A stretch of DNA of 63,851 bases, counting the filler, from Choristocarpus tenellus KU-1152 (Eukaryota > Protista > Phaeophyceae): assembly GCA_964200185.2 (NCBI GenBank). It is 12 parts of 12 records of this genome, joined end to end, with 100 filler letters (N's around TTAATTAATTAA, not from the genome) between each part and the next. Parts side by side here need not be neighbours in the genome. Positions count along the whole stretch, not along the records: positions 60,938 to 63,851 come from CAXNAD020023685.1; 11 more parts are not named here. The stretch is one strand, 5' to 3'. Below, piece after piece: positions 63,379-63,851 of the stretch. The notes beneath the pieces were generated by a model. It saw only the letters and a program-made list of their open reading frames with translations, was not told where the DNA came from and did not search any database. Position numbers and translations under genes: made by a program. The number at the start of each line of letters is the position of its first letter. Within the stretch, counting starts at the first letter, position 1.

Positions 63379-63851
63379 ACATTATTTCCCTCATCATGTA
63401 TAGCTATTACAACCACAAAAAGTGTTCAATTTGTCAGCTATTATTATAGGTGATCAAAACAGGCACTGCCTGTCAGAAATCTCTATTATTCCTCCAATAA
63501 ACCCCTGCAGGGTGACATAGAACCACAGGAGGAGAGAGTGAGAAATGAGAGAATATAGAGATGCCCTACTGATTCTGTTTCCCTGGAATCTATATGGTTA
63601 GGAAGTCAAAGAAAACTAGGGACTTAGTGTTTTGGGCAGACCCAGATATGGGAGAGAGCAAATAAGACCCAACACTGTAAATACTCAAGGTCAGCACACC
63701 AAAAGTTGCCACAAGCAGGACATGCAACAACTGTTGCATCTGCTCTTTCTTTTTCCCCACAACCAATTTTGGACGTGGGTGACATGTCTTTTACACCTCA
63801 AATATGTTGTTCCACTTTTTCATACTGTTGGCACACATCAGCAATCCATCA

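Overview
Eukaryotic, intron-rich, repeat-rich genomic DNA. It is not one contiguous locus: 12 contigs are joined by 11 identical artificial 100-nt spacers (N44-TTAATTAATTAA-N44), so adjacency across spacers means nothing. GT-AG introns, CTAAC-like branch points, interstitial (CCCTAA)n and an RTE-like LINE RT of the kind familiar from Ectocarpus suggest a stramenopile, probably a brown alga or close relative (inference). Spliced genes rebuilt by hand: an RWD-domain protein (5' part), the 3' end of an aldo-keto reductase, the 3' part of a JmjC/Cupin_8 dioxygenase, a nucleoporin-like protein with RanBP2 zinc fingers, FG motifs and an EF-hand, the last exon of a GH38 alpha-mannosidase, a complete 3-exon ankyrin-RING gene, an RP2/XRP2 orthologue head-to-head with an RCC1-repeat gene, a Trf4/PAPD5-like nucleotidyltransferase fragment and a 1.3-kb exon of unknown function. 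There is also one tRNA-Gln(CTG). The rest is degenerate retroelements and several MITE/TIR families, which sit at many contig ends. I cannot show a new biological system from sequence alone. The best leads are the EF-hand-containing ZnF/FG nucleoporin-like architecture, the duplicated in-frame 36-nt candidate micro-exons in the RWD gene, the RP2/RCC1 divergent pair, two MITE families sharing a TIR core (one with Sola-like termini), and an unidentified degenerate multi-copy coding family.
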